Shown piece after piece: positions 53,193 through 64,000 of a DNA stretch of 64,000 nt. The position numbers were made by a program, and so were the translations under genes. Within the stretch, counting starts at the first letter, position 1; every line of letters starts with the position of its first letter. The notes under the pieces were generated by a model. That model saw nothing but the letters and a program-made list of their open reading frames with translations, had not been told where the DNA came from and did no database searches. Source of the stretch: Bacteroidia bacterium (GTDB taxonomy: Bacteria; Bacteroidota; Bacteroidia; NS11-12g; UBA955); assembly GCA_965655465.1 (NCBI GenBank), contig CBFHGY010000002.1, forward strand, positions 9,982 through 73,981. Reading direction: 5' to 3'.

Positions 53193-54416
53193 ATGTCGAG
53201 GAAATTAATAGCAGCAGCGATTAGCTGTTTTGCATTCACTAGCACAAACATTCAAGCCCAAATTGGAACGGGTCAAATAACGGGTGCCGATTTATCCGGT
53301 GAGCTTAATGCAGTAAGCACGATGGTGCCCTTTTTAACAATTTCTCCAGATAGCCGTTCGGCATCTATGGGTGATGTTGGAGTGGCCCTTTTTAATCCAG
53401 ATGCTAACAGCGTTGCTTGGAATAATGCCAATTTGACCTTTGCAGAAAACAAAACAGGTTTTTCATTGTCGTATGCTCCTTGGCTGCGCCAACTCGTTAA
53501 TGATGTAGGCTTTTCTTACCTTTCAGGTTACTCTAAAATTGGAAAGAATTCTGCCGTTTCTGGATCTTTCAGATATTTTTCCTTAGGAAACATCAACTTT
53601 ACAGATTTCGATGGCAATCCTACCGGTAATTTTAATCCAAATGAATTTGCATTGGATATTGGTTATGCTACGAAATTCTCTGAAAAGTTTGCTATGGGAG
53701 TAAACTTAAGATACATTTATTCCAACTTAGTAGGGTCAGGTATTCGAAATGGAATTGATTACACGGCAGGTACTTCCGTTGCAGGAGATATCAGTTTGAT
53801 TTATCGGGATGAAATTCGTGCAGCAGGAAAAAGACACCGCTTCAATGTGGGATTAAATTTACAAAATATAGGTGCCAAGATGACTTATTCTTCTGAGGAG
53901 AAAAGAGATTTTATTCCAACGAATTTGAAGTTTGGACTTGGGTATAAATACGAAATTGACGACCATAATGAATTGTTTATTTATGCTGATGTAAACAAAT
54001 TATTGGTGCCAACTCCTCCATTTATCTTACGTAATTACAACAATACCGCGGATTCTATTGACCCTAATACCAATCAAGTCGCAATCATCGGTATGAACAA
54101 AAATGTGAGTCCCGTTCAAGGAATTTTTCAATCATTTTACGATGCCCCAGGTGGTTTTTCTGAGGAAATTAAAGAATGGACGCCTTCAGCTGGATTTGAA
54201 TATTTGTACGAAAAAATGTTTGCCCTAAGAGGCGGTGTTTTTTATGAAGCTGCGACTAAAGGTGGTCGTCAATACATGACCTTAGGAATGGGTTTGAAAT
54301 TCGAGTCATTAACGCTGGACGCTGCATATTTAATCCCTTTTGCAAACAGACACCCGCTTCAAAATCAAATGAGATTCTCTTTGTTATTTGATATGTCTTC
54401 CTTAACAGATAAATAG
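53193..54416 (+). CDS. porV: Type IX secretion system outer-membrane shuttle protein PorV (LptO)
   Basis: The motif FLTISPDSRSASMGDVGVA is typical of PorV, with FadL-like barrel sequence. I place the start at MSRKLIAAAISCFAFTSTNIQA (ATG 53193). The tracked extension from 53109 is a K/Q-rich non-signal sequence. Confidence 0.8.
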   Translation: MSRKLIAAAISCFAFTSTNIQAQIGTGQITGADLSGELNAVSTMVPFLTISPDSRSASMGDVGVALFNPDANSVAWNNANLTFAENKTGFSLSYAPWLRQLVNDVGFSYLSGYSKIGKNSAVSGSFRYFSLGNINFTDFDGNPTGNFNPNEFALDIGYATKFSEKFAMGVNLRYIYSNLVGSGIRNGIDYTAGTSVAGDISLIYRDEIRAAGKRHRFNVGLNLQNIGAKMTYSSEEKRDFIPTNLKFGLGYKYEIDDHNELFIYADVNKLLVPTPPFILRNYNNTADSIDPNTNQVAIIGMNKNVSPVQGIFQSFYDAPGGFSEEIKEWTPSAGFEYLYEKMFALRGGVFYEAATKGGRQYMTLGMGLKFESLTLDAAYLIPFANRHPLQNQMRFSLLFDMSSLTDK

Positions 54417-54444
54417 AGTAAAACACATTTGTTGTGACATATTT

Positions 54445-54475
54445 AAAAGCCGATTTCCAACGAAATCGGCTTTTT
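54445..54475 (+). terminator. Rho-independent terminator after porV
   Basis: The hairpin is gccgatttc-caac-gaaatcggc, flanked by aaaa and ttttt. Confidence 0.8.
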
Positions 54476-54801
54476 CATTAGAATACGATTTACAAATAAT
54501 TGAGCAGAAGATTTAAAAAGGGTTACTAAAATTTCTCATTAAAAAATAGGACCCCTTAATTAAGTAAGTTTCTCAAAGCGGGTAGAAGTTTATTAATGAC
54601 TTCAAAGTAAAATTGATTCGTAGATTATCATTAAGACAATTTCTCAGGAGTAATTTGGCTTAAGTCGATTCTTTCGAAAATTTCAGTTTTAATTGGTTAA
54701 AACTCAGATTATTAAATTAAATTCAAATTTAATACATTGATAAGCAGTTGTTTATATGGATCCCTCGTATACATTTATCTGTTATCGCTTAGCGGTTCTT
54801 T

Positions 54802-54835
54802 TTTGGGTATTATTGGATATACTTACTTAACTTTG
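54802..54835 (+). promoter_or_regulatory. Bacteroidota-type promoter (-33 TTTG, -7 TAACTTTG) abutting the carboxyltransferase start codon
   Basis: TTTG lies at 54802..54805 and TAACTTTG at 54828..54835. The ATG at 54840 is only 4 nt downstream. Confidence 0.5.
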
Positions 54836-54839
54836 CAGC

Positions 54840-56381
54840 ATGTCTGATCCGAGAGTAAAACTAGCTCAGAAAAGGGAAGAAGCCCAAATAGGGGGAGGAG
54901 CCAAGAGAATCGAAGCGCAACATGCAAAAGGCAAATTAACTGCCCGTGAGCGAATAGATTTACTCCTTGATGAACATAGTTTTCAAGAAATAGGTGCCAT
55001 GGTAACCCATCGCAGTTATGATTTCGGAATGGATAAACAACGTTTTCTTGGTGATGGAGTGATTACCGGATATGGTAAAATACACGGTCGTTTGGTTTAC
55101 GTTTTTTCTCAGGACTTTACAGTTTTTGGGGGGAGCTTATCCGAAACACATGCCGAGAAAATATGTAAAATAATGGATTTGGCCTTGGAAAATGGGGCAC
55201 CTGTAATTGGCATCAATGATTCTGGAGGGGCACGTATTCAAGAAGGTGTGGTTTCTTTAGGGGGCTATGCAGATATTTTTTATCGGAATACCCGTAGTAG
55301 CGGCGTAATACCCCAAATTTCAGCAATCATGGGGCCTTGTGCGGGAGGTGCAGTTTATTCACCCGCACTAACTGATTTTATCTTTATGGTAGAAAAAACC
55401 AGTTACATGTTTGTTACAGGTCCAAATGTTGTAAAAACTGTTACCAATGAAGAGGTTAGTGCTGAAGATTTGGGAGGCGCATCGGTACATGGATCTAAAA
55501 GTGGTGTTGCTCATTTTACGGTTGCCAACGAAGTGTTGTGTCTTACTCAAATTCGTAATTTACTGCAATACTTGCCTCAGAATTGTGAAGAAAAGGCACC
55601 CAAGTTGCATGCAGAAATTCAAAATGAAACTCGAGAAAAGTTAAAAGATATCATTCCCAATAACCCAAACCAACCTTACGATATGAAGGAGGTAATTGAG
55701 GAAATTGTGGATGCAAATTCTTTTATGGAAGTTCATAAAGATTTTGCTGAGAATATCGTGGTGGGCTTTGGTAGATTAGCCGGACGAAGTATAGGCATTA
55801 TTGCAAATCAACCAAGTCATTTGGCTGGGGTTTTAGATGTTCAAAGTAGCCAAAAAGGTGCGCGATTTGTGCGTTTTTGTGACGCTTTTAATATTCCTTT
55901 GTTGGTTTTAGAGGATGTTCCGGGATTTTTACCGGGTACCGACCAAGAATGGAATGCAATTATTACCAATGGAGCGAAATTGCTCTATGCCTTTAGTGAG
56001 GCAACTGTACCTAGAATAACTGTAATTACACGTAAAGCCTATGGAGGAGCGTATGATGTGATGAATTCAAAGCACATAGGCGCGGATATGAATTATGCTT
56101 GGCCCTCAGCAGAAATCGCCGTAATGGGAGCAAAAGGTGCTGCCGAAATCATTTTCAAAAAAGAAATTGATGCAGCAGAGGACCGTCAAGCTGCTTGGAA
56201 AGAAAAAGAACAAGAATACTCGGATATATTTGCAAATCCGTATCGTGCCGCAGAGCGCGGCTTTATTGATGAAGTAATTTATCCCGAAGAAACACGTGAA
56301 AAATTAATTCGTGCTTTTGAAATGTTGCAAAACAAAGTGGCCAATAATCCACGTAAAAAGCACGGAAATATGCCCCTTTAA
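54840..56381 (+). CDS. Acyl-CoA carboxylase carboxyltransferase subunit (propionyl-CoA carboxylase beta / methylmalonyl-CoA carboxyltransferase family)
   Basis: The protein is 513 aa with typical N- and C-terminal crotonase-like CT halves ([45 protein letters not shown]). Confidence 0.85.
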   Translation: MSDPRVKLAQKREEAQIGGGAKRIEAQHAKGKLTARERIDLLLDEHSFQEIGAMVTHRSYDFGMDKQRFLGDGVITGYGKIHGRLVYVFSQDFTVFGGSLSETHAEKICKIMDLALENGAPVIGINDSGGARIQEGVVSLGGYADIFYRNTRSSGVIPQISAIMGPCAGGAVYSPALTDFIFMVEKTSYMFVTGPNVVKTVTNEEVSAEDLGGASVHGSKSGVAHFTVANEVLCLTQIRNLLQYLPQNCEEKAPKLHAEIQNETREKLKDIIPNNPNQPYDMKEVIEEIVDANSFMEVHKDFAENIVVGFGRLAGRSIGIIANQPSHLAGVLDVQSSQKGARFVRFCDAFNIPLLVLEDVPGFLPGTDQEWNAIITNGAKLLYAFSEATVPRITVITRKAYGGAYDVMNSKHIGADMNYAWPSAEIAVMGAKGAAEIIFKKEIDAAEDRQAAWKEKEQEYSDIFANPYRAAERGFIDEVIYPEETREKLIRAFEMLQNKVANNPRKKHGNMPL

Positions 56382-56424
56382 GAAATTTTTACTTTATTTG
56401 CCAACCAAACTAAGCCATTCAAAT

Positions 56425-56895
56425 ATGGAACTAAAAGACATCCAAACACTTATCAAGTTTGTATCACAGAACGCAATTGACGAAGTTGAGATCAATCGCA
56501 AAGATTTTAAACTTTTAATTAAGAAAAATCCACAACAATTTGTTACCACTCAGGTGCAAACAGCTCCTGCTCCAGCACCTATAACTGCCGCCGCACCTCA
56601 AGCTGCGCCTGCACCTGTAACAAATGCTGCAAGTGAATCTAAACCTGCAAGTAACTTGATTGAGATTAAATCTCCAATGGTGGGAACCTTTTATCGTGCC
56701 GCTAATCCAGAATCTCCAACTTTCGCAAATGTTGGCGATGAAATATCGGTGGGTAAAGTAGTATGTATCATCGAGGCAATGAAATTATTTAATGAGATTG
56801 AAAGCGAAGTAAAAGGTAAAATCGTTAAGGTATTGGTTGATAATGCAACCCCTGTCGAATACGACCAACCTTTATTCCTCGTTGAACCCTCCTAA
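56425..56895 (+). CDS. accB: Biotin carboxyl carrier protein
   Basis: I place the start at [13 protein letters not shown] (ATG 56425). The protein has an Ala/Pro linker and the biotinylation motif [13 protein letters not shown]. Confidence 0.85.
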   Translation: MELKDIQTLIKFVSQNAIDEVEINRKDFKLLIKKNPQQFVTTQVQTAPAPAPITAAAPQAAPAPVTNAASESKPASNLIEIKSPMVGTFYRAANPESPTFANVGDEISVGKVVCIIEAMKLFNEIESEVKGKIVKVLVDNATPVEYDQPLFLVEPS

Positions 56896-56906
56896 TTATT
56901 CGCCAT

Positions 56907-58244
56907 ATGTTTAAGAAAATACTCATCGCCAACCGCGGTGAAATTGCCTTGCGTATCATCCGTACTTGCAAAGAGATGGGAATTGGTACCGTGGCTGTAT
57001 ACTCGACAGCTGATAAAGACAGTTTACATGTCCGATTTGCAGATGAAGCCGTATGTATTGGTCCTCCGCAAAGCCGAGATAGCTATTTAAATATTCCTAG
57101 AATTTTAGCAGCGGCTGAAGTTACCAATGCAGATGCGATTCATCCGGGGTATGGATTTTTATCCGAAAATAGCAAATTTAGTGCATTGTGTCGCGATCAT
57201 GGTATTAAGTTTATCGGAGCCACGCCAGAGCAAATTGATGGTATGGGCGATAAAAGCAATGCCAAAGAAACCATGAAAAAAGCAGGGGTACCTACGATTC
57301 CCGGATCTGAAGGACTTCTTGAAAGCGTTGAACACGCGAAGCAAATTGCCAATGAAATTGGTTACCCTGCTATTATGAAAGCTACTGCCGGTGGCGGTGG
57401 TAGAGGAATGCGGATTGTTTGGAACGACGATGAAATTGAAAATGCATGGAATAGTGCCAAACAAGAATCGGGTGCTGCTTTCGGTAACGATGGCTTGTAT
57501 ATGGAAAAATATATCGAAGATCCTCGACATATTGAAATTCAAATTGCAGGCGATCAATACGGCAAAGTATGTCATTTAAGTGAACGCGATTGTTCGATAC
57601 AACGCAGACACCAAAAATTAATTGAAGAAACTCCTTCACCATTTATGACCGATGAACTTCGTTTGAAAATGGGTGAGGCTGCCAAAGCAGCTGCACAAAT
57701 CATTAATTATGAAGGGGTAGGTACTGTTGAATTTTTGGTTGATAAACACCGTAACTTCTATTTTATGGAAATGAATACGCGTATCCAAGTAGAACATCCC
57801 GTTACAGAAGAGGTTATTAACTACGACCTTGTAAAGGAACAGATACTTATTGCTGCGGGTGTTCCTATCTCCGGTAAGGATTATTTCCCCACAAAAGCCG
57901 CAATTGAAGTGCGTATTAATGCCGAAGATGTATACAAGGATTTCCGTCCGAGTCCTGGAAAAATTAAAGTATTGCATAAGCCAGGTGGACATGGGGTTCG
58001 GGTAGATTCACATATCTATGCGGGTTATACCATTCCTCCATATTATGATTCCATGATTGCGAAATTGATTGTTTCGGCTCAAACCAGAGAAGAAGCCATT
58101 GTTAAAATGGAACGGGCTTTAAGCGAATTTGTAATCGAAGGTATCGAAACTACCATTCCTTTGCATCAACAATTGATGAAAAACGAGGATTTTAGAAACG
58201 GAAACTTCACCACTGCATTTATGAATACGTTTAAAATCAAATAA
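56907..58244 (+). CDS. accC: Biotin carboxylase
   Basis: The N-terminus [26 protein letters not shown], the ATP-grasp motifs ([22 protein letters not shown]) and the 445-aa length support the call. Confidence 0.9.
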   Translation: MFKKILIANRGEIALRIIRTCKEMGIGTVAVYSTADKDSLHVRFADEAVCIGPPQSRDSYLNIPRILAAAEVTNADAIHPGYGFLSENSKFSALCRDHGIKFIGATPEQIDGMGDKSNAKETMKKAGVPTIPGSEGLLESVEHAKQIANEIGYPAIMKATAGGGGRGMRIVWNDDEIENAWNSAKQESGAAFGNDGLYMEKYIEDPRHIEIQIAGDQYGKVCHLSERDCSIQRRHQKLIEETPSPFMTDELRLKMGEAAKAAAQIINYEGVGTVEFLVDKHRNFYFMEMNTRIQVEHPVTEEVINYDLVKEQILIAAGVPISGKDYFPTKAAIEVRINAEDVYKDFRPSPGKIKVLHKPGGHGVRVDSHIYAGYTIPPYYDSMIAKLIVSAQTREEAIVKMERALSEFVIEGIETTIPLHQQLMKNEDFRNGNFTTAFMNTFKIK

Positions 58245-58314
58245 ATATCATACAAAACATTTTTTGGCACGGTATTTGAAGTAGTAAAATCAAAACAAAC
58301 TAATAATAAACATT

Positions 58315-58764
58315 ATGAAAAAATTAACCTTACTTTTCGCAGTAGCTTTCGCAGTAGTTGGATCTGCAATGGCACAAATGGCAATCCCTGGTGAAGTTTT
58401 TGCTCAAAATCCTTCACGTTTTAATGGTCGTAAAGTGACTATCAAAAACATCGAAATCGTTAAAACAAGTGCAACAGGTGGTCCTGCAATTGGTGGCCCT
58501 GCTGGTTCTTTAAATCAAGGCGCTCCAGGTCCTGCTGGTTCTCCTTCAGCCCCTGCTGCTCCTTGCCGTCCTCCTCGTGGTTTCTCTGAAATCGGTTTGA
58601 ACTTCATTGGAGCTCCTGAATACAAAGGATGTTTCTTCATGGCCGATAACATGAAAACTCAGTTAGATCGCGAATGTGGACACGATAAAACCCCAGCGCA
58701 AATCACTTTCCGTGGTGACAGTCGTACAGGTTACAACGTAAGCTTCTACCGCTTAGGTATGTAA
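58315..58764 (+). CDS. Secreted protein of unknown function with a Pro/Ala/Gly-rich central stretch
   Basis: The signal peptide is MKKLTLLFAVAFAVVGSAMAQ. The low-complexity stretch is GGPAIGGPAGSLNQGAPGPAGSPSAPAAP. There are three Cys in the C-terminal half, and a strong terminator follows. Confidence 0.6.
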   Translation: MKKLTLLFAVAFAVVGSAMAQMAIPGEVFAQNPSRFNGRKVTIKNIEIVKTSATGGPAIGGPAGSLNQGAPGPAGSPSAPAAPCRPPRGFSEIGLNFIGAPEYKGCFFMADNMKTQLDRECGHDKTPAQITFRGDSRTGYNVSFYRLGM

Positions 58765-58775
58765 TTCTTACCAAA

Positions 58776-58822
58776 CCTATAACAAAAAATGCCGGCTAAA
58801 TGCCGGCATTTTTTGTTATAGG
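58776..58822. terminator. Bidirectional terminator, 20-bp perfect inverted repeat
   Basis: The left arm cctataacaaaaaatgccgg (58776..58795) pairs perfectly with ccggcattttttgttatagg (58803..58822) across a 7-nt loop. It lies between convergent genes. Confidence 0.85.
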
Positions 58823-59004
58823 TTATAACTCTAATCTATCAATGTTCTCAATTTTAGGTTTGTACATTCCTTAAAAATAGGTATAATTCCACTGCCGCTT
58901 ATCAAAATCAATTTATGCATATACCAGGTTAGTATAATCGGTTGAATTCTTCACCCTAATATCAAAATAAACAAAACCAGGAGTTTCAATCTCTGACAGA
59001 ATAA

Positions 59005-59415
59005 TTATTTAAATCTTACCCCAGTTGCAAGAAATTTGGTTTGAATTTCAAAATTTGATAGCGAGCTATCCGCGATCTCGTCTTGTTCATCATTCCACAC
59101 GGTGTCTTGATAAAAATGTCCAACTGCGTACAAGTCCTTTTTACCAATATTTTTTGGAACCGTGAATTTCTCATCAAAATCAACGGTAATGGTTTTGTCA
59201 TGCAGATCGTAACTGAACCAACAACCTTCTGCTTGACAAACCTCTTTTACTCTGCCAAAGACCGTAAATGCTGCGGTTCCCTTAGTTTGGTGTTCTTTCA
59301 ATGCTTCTTTTATGGAAATTGCTTTCTGCGTATCCACGGAATCTCCAATTTGATTGAAATCAGCGCAGGAAACGGCAGATAAAACAAGAAGAGTAGAAAT
59401 AAATGTGTGCTTCAT
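59005..59415 (-). CDS. Lipoprotein, DUF4920-like
   Basis: The lipobox is LVLSAVSC. The segment FTVFGRVKEVCQAEGCWFSY resembles the DUF4920 core. Confidence 0.55.
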   Translation of the reverse strand: MKHTFISTLLVLSAVSCADFNQIGDSVDTQKAISIKEALKEHQTKGTAAFTVFGRVKEVCQAEGCWFSYDLHDKTITVDFDEKFTVPKNIGKKDLYAVGHFYQDTVWNDEQDEIADSSLSNFEIQTKFLATGVRFK

Positions 59416-59424
59416 GATACAAAA

Positions 59425-60684
59425 TTAAGGCTTTTTTAAGATTGTGGTGGGATATAAAACTCCTCTCGTCTCATCATGCGGATATAACAGATATTGCTTC
59501 CGTAGTTTTCTAAAATCAGTTAAACGAGATTCCCAAGAACTTCGAATTTCCTCTTCAGTTTTTCCAGCAATAATTTGATTTCTCAATTCTGGCGTTCCGG
59601 CAAGCTTATCAAAAAAATTATTGAAAAATTCGGGTTTAGATCCATAAGCTTTGTACATTTCTAATATCCAAACCAAGTATATTTTTTGATAATCGACCAA
59701 ATAGTCTAACGCAAAATCTTTAAGATAAATACCTTTACAAGTCTGATTTTCATAGGGTGGATTTACGGCTTTACCTCTGATCGATTTGGGCGTAAACTCG
59801 AAATTTCCTTCTACAAACCAAGGCGCGCCTATAACTTCAAAAGGCCAAGCAGTTCCTCGTCCCATGCTCATTATGGTACCTTCAAATAGACCTAAACTTG
59901 GATAAAGAATGATGGAAGCCTGACTTTGTAAATTTGGGGAAGGGGGAACTGGTAGTTTATATGGGGTATTATGATCGTATTGCGCAACAGGTATTACGTT
60001 TAATTTTAGTTTGTGTGACTTAGAGATCCATTTTTCCCCTTTAATCATTAACGCTAATTCCCCTAATGTCATCCCATGCACCAACGGAATGGCATGCATC
60101 CCAACCATAGACTGTACAAATTTAGGATCTAAAATAGGTCCATCGACATAATGACCATTGGGATTCGGTCGGTCTAATATCCACAGAGGAATATTATTTT
60201 CGGCACAGGCTTCCATGATATAATGCATGGTAGTTAAATACGTATAAAAACGGACCCCTACATCCTGCATGTCAAAAATAACGGCTTCAATACCTTTAAG
60301 ATCCTTACTGCTGGGCTTTTTATTTTTTCCATATAAACTTACGATAGTCAAGCCACTTTTCGGGTCAATCGCATTTTTTACATGCTCCCCATTTGCAGCA
60401 TCCCCTCTAAAACCATGTTCAGGAGCAAATATCTTAACCAATTGTACTCCTAATTCAATTAGGGTATCTGCCAAGTGCGTTTCACCAACCATGGTGGTGT
60501 GGTTTGCCACTAAACCTACTTTTTTACCTTTTAATGCAGGAACATATTTTGCGAATTGATGGGCTGCAGGTATTATTTGGCTGTATAAAGAATTAAATCC
60601 TCCAATAAAAATAAAGGATGAAATGATGCAAAACGAAGAAGCAATGGTATTTTTGACCCTAAGATTGAATTGGCCGTATTTCAT
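59425..60684 (-). CDS. DUF1343 family protein (exo-beta-N-acetylmuramidase NamZ-like)
   Basis: The segments KGKKVGLVANHTTMVG, FAPEHGFRGD and DMQDVGVRFYTY are typical of DUF1343. I place the start at Met17 (MKYGQFNL...), followed by a signal-like hydrophobic stretch. Confidence 0.7.
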   Translation of the reverse strand: MKYGQFNLRVKNTIASSFCIISSFIFIGGFNSLYSQIIPAAHQFAKYVPALKGKKVGLVANHTTMVGETHLADTLIELGVQLVKIFAPEHGFRGDAANGEHVKNAIDPKSGLTIVSLYGKNKKPSSKDLKGIEAVIFDMQDVGVRFYTYLTTMHYIMEACAENNIPLWILDRPNPNGHYVDGPILDPKFVQSMVGMHAIPLVHGMTLGELALMIKGEKWISKSHKLKLNVIPVAQYDHNTPYKLPVPPSPNLQSQASIILYPSLGLFEGTIMSMGRGTAWPFEVIGAPWFVEGNFEFTPKSIRGKAVNPPYENQTCKGIYLKDFALDYLVDYQKIYLVWILEMYKAYGSKPEFFNNFFDKLAGTPELRNQIIAGKTEEEIRSSWESRLTDFRKLRKQYLLYPHDETRGVLYPTTILKKP

Positions 60685-61891
60685 AGCGCGTAAATTTATT
60701 ACAAAGGAAGGCAAATCTGCGTCAAGACGCATATTTTATTTAGCCATTTTTTCCGTTGCTCTTAGCGTTTTAATAATGTTGCTTTCTATAGCAACTTTAT
60801 CGGGTTTTAAACAAGAAATTCAGAAAAAAATCTCAGCAGTACAAGGTGATTTTATCATTGATTCGGGCCGGAATATTGAATCAGGCGAGCCCTTTCCCTT
60901 AGCGGATGATGAGGTAAAATCTTTAGACTCGTTGGTGCTGATCCCGGGAATTTCTAGAGTTATTCCTTCCGCTTCAAAAGCCTGTATAATTAAGTCTTCG
61001 GAAGATATAGAAGGGCTCATTGCAAAAGGAATCGATAATAAGTCACGCGCGTATTTCAAATCTGCCTATCAGGTGCATTTAGAAACAAGGGTAGATGATA
61101 GTAATGGATGTTGGATCTCCTCAGTTACAGCGAAACGACTTAAAATTGATACAGGCGATCGCATTACGGTGGTTTTTTTTGTTACGGATAATCAGAATTA
61201 CAGCCGTCCGAGAGCACGCAGGCTTAGGGTTACTGCATTGTACCAAACTGGAATCGACAAAATTGATGCCCAAATGATATTGGTTAATCAGAATACGTTA
61301 AAAACATTTTTACCTCCAGGTAACACATACACGCAAATAGAAATTTGGAAGGATAAAGCTGCAAATTCTGAATTTTTGAAACGCGAAATCCGAAAATTTT
61401 TACCCTCTGGATATGTGCGTTTGAATACCCTTCAAGAATACAATCGCTTGATTTTTGATTGGTTGGCAATTTTAAACACCAATGTTTGGATCATTCTCAT
61501 CTTAATGGCACTCGTAGCCATAACAGGTATGAGTACGACATTATTAATAATAATCATTGAAAACACTTCGAAAATTGGCCTTTTATTGGCATTAGGCGCG
61601 CGGTTCAAGGATATTTCACGCATGTTTGTATTGCACGCACTGATTATTGCCGTTGTGGGTGTTTTATTTGGAAATATACTTACGGCAATCGTTGTGTACG
61701 GTCAAAATACCTTTCAATGGATTCAATTAAACCAACAAATATATTTCATTCCTTATGTGAGACTGACCTTAGATATCTGGGACTGGATTTGGGTCGATTT
61801 AGCAGCAATAGGAGTGATCGGTATGAGTTTATGGCTACCTGCTCGGTATATTCGTAAAATTGACCTGATCAAAGCCATAACCTTTAAATAA
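60644..61891 (+). CDS. FtsX-like ABC transporter permease, LolC/LolE-like
   Basis: The N-terminus is LRLNWPYFIARKFI...RRIFYLAIFSVALSVLIMLL. It has a large periplasmic loop and a C-terminal 3-TM FtsX domain. The start is uncertain (60623, 60644 or an in-frame TTG). Confidence 0.7.
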   Translation: MVFLTLRLNWPYFIARKFITKEGKSASRRIFYLAIFSVALSVLIMLLSIATLSGFKQEIQKKISAVQGDFIIDSGRNIESGEPFPLADDEVKSLDSLVLIPGISRVIPSASKACIIKSSEDIEGLIAKGIDNKSRAYFKSAYQVHLETRVDDSNGCWISSVTAKRLKIDTGDRITVVFFVTDNQNYSRPRARRLRVTALYQTGIDKIDAQMILVNQNTLKTFLPPGNTYTQIEIWKDKAANSEFLKREIRKFLPSGYVRLNTLQEYNRLIFDWLAILNTNVWIILILMALVAITGMSTTLLIIIIENTSKIGLLLALGARFKDISRMFVLHALIIAVVGVLFGNILTAIVVYGQNTFQWIQLNQQIYFIPYVRLTLDIWDWIWVDLAAIGVIGMSLWLPARYIRKIDLIKAITFK

Positions 61892-61948
61892 GACGATGGT
61901 TCTTGATTCTGGTATATTGTATTTTTAAAATAGACATATTATAAAAGC

Positions 61949-61975
61949 AAAAAGCCGACTACTTGGTCGGCTTTT
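61949..61975. terminator. Bidirectional terminator between the LolE-like gene and gyrB
   Basis: The hairpin is aaaaagccgac-tacttg-gtcggctttt. Confidence 0.8.
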
Positions 61976-61993
61976 GCGTTTATTACAAAAAGT

Positions 61994-63979
<1,986 letters not shown>

Positions 63980-64000
63980 TTAACGAAAAGCAACAGCAAG

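Overview
This 64-kb window looks chromosomal and comes from a Bacteroidota genome, probably a gliding Flavobacteriia-type organism. Evidence: gldJ, a porP/sprF-like gene, porU and porV are present; exact TAnnTTTG -7 promoter boxes precede many genes; start codons sit in AT-rich context with no Shine-Dalgarno sequence. The main feature is at 1-12562: a phage-tail-like contractile injection system (eCIS / T6SS-iv-like). Its minus-strand structural operon encodes, in order: a 2-TM protein, a DUF4255 cap (Afp16-like), an orphan 276-aa protein, one long sheath, two gp19-like tube paralogues, a 69-aa coiled-coil protein, a LysM tube-initiator-like protein (Afp7-like), a VgrG spike, a PAAR tip, a gp25-like wedge, and the start of another baseplate gene that runs off the left edge. 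A divergent plus-strand module encodes an Afp15-like AAA+ ATPase, a 619-aa protein and an acidic 155-aa protein with a T3SS-chaperone-like pattern. The 619-aa protein has a charge-free disordered N-terminus and two hydrophobic segments, so it is a candidate payload or tape measure. No capsid, portal, terminase or integrase gene is visible. The core machine belongs to a known family; the novelty candidates are the accessory genes (276-aa, 2-TM, 619-aa, 155-aa). The rest of the window is mostly housekeeping: lpxB, surE, a PIN/RHH-DUF2281 toxin-antitoxin pair, an Oar-like TonB-dependent receptor, and a propeller histidine kinase with a LytTR regulator. It also holds anmK, a GDH-family dehydrogenase, pepT, a QxxHH desaturase, dps, an AsmA-family protein, htrA-like, kdsA, a large OmpA-family protein, an M1 aminopeptidase and tRNA-Asp. 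Further right are a T9SS/gliding cluster (gldJ, porP/sprF-like, porU, porV), an acyl-CoA carboxylase set (carboxyltransferase, accB, accC), a DUF1343/NamZ-like gene, a LolE-like permease and gyrB. All family calls come from motifs I recognised by eye in the supplied translations; no database search was run.
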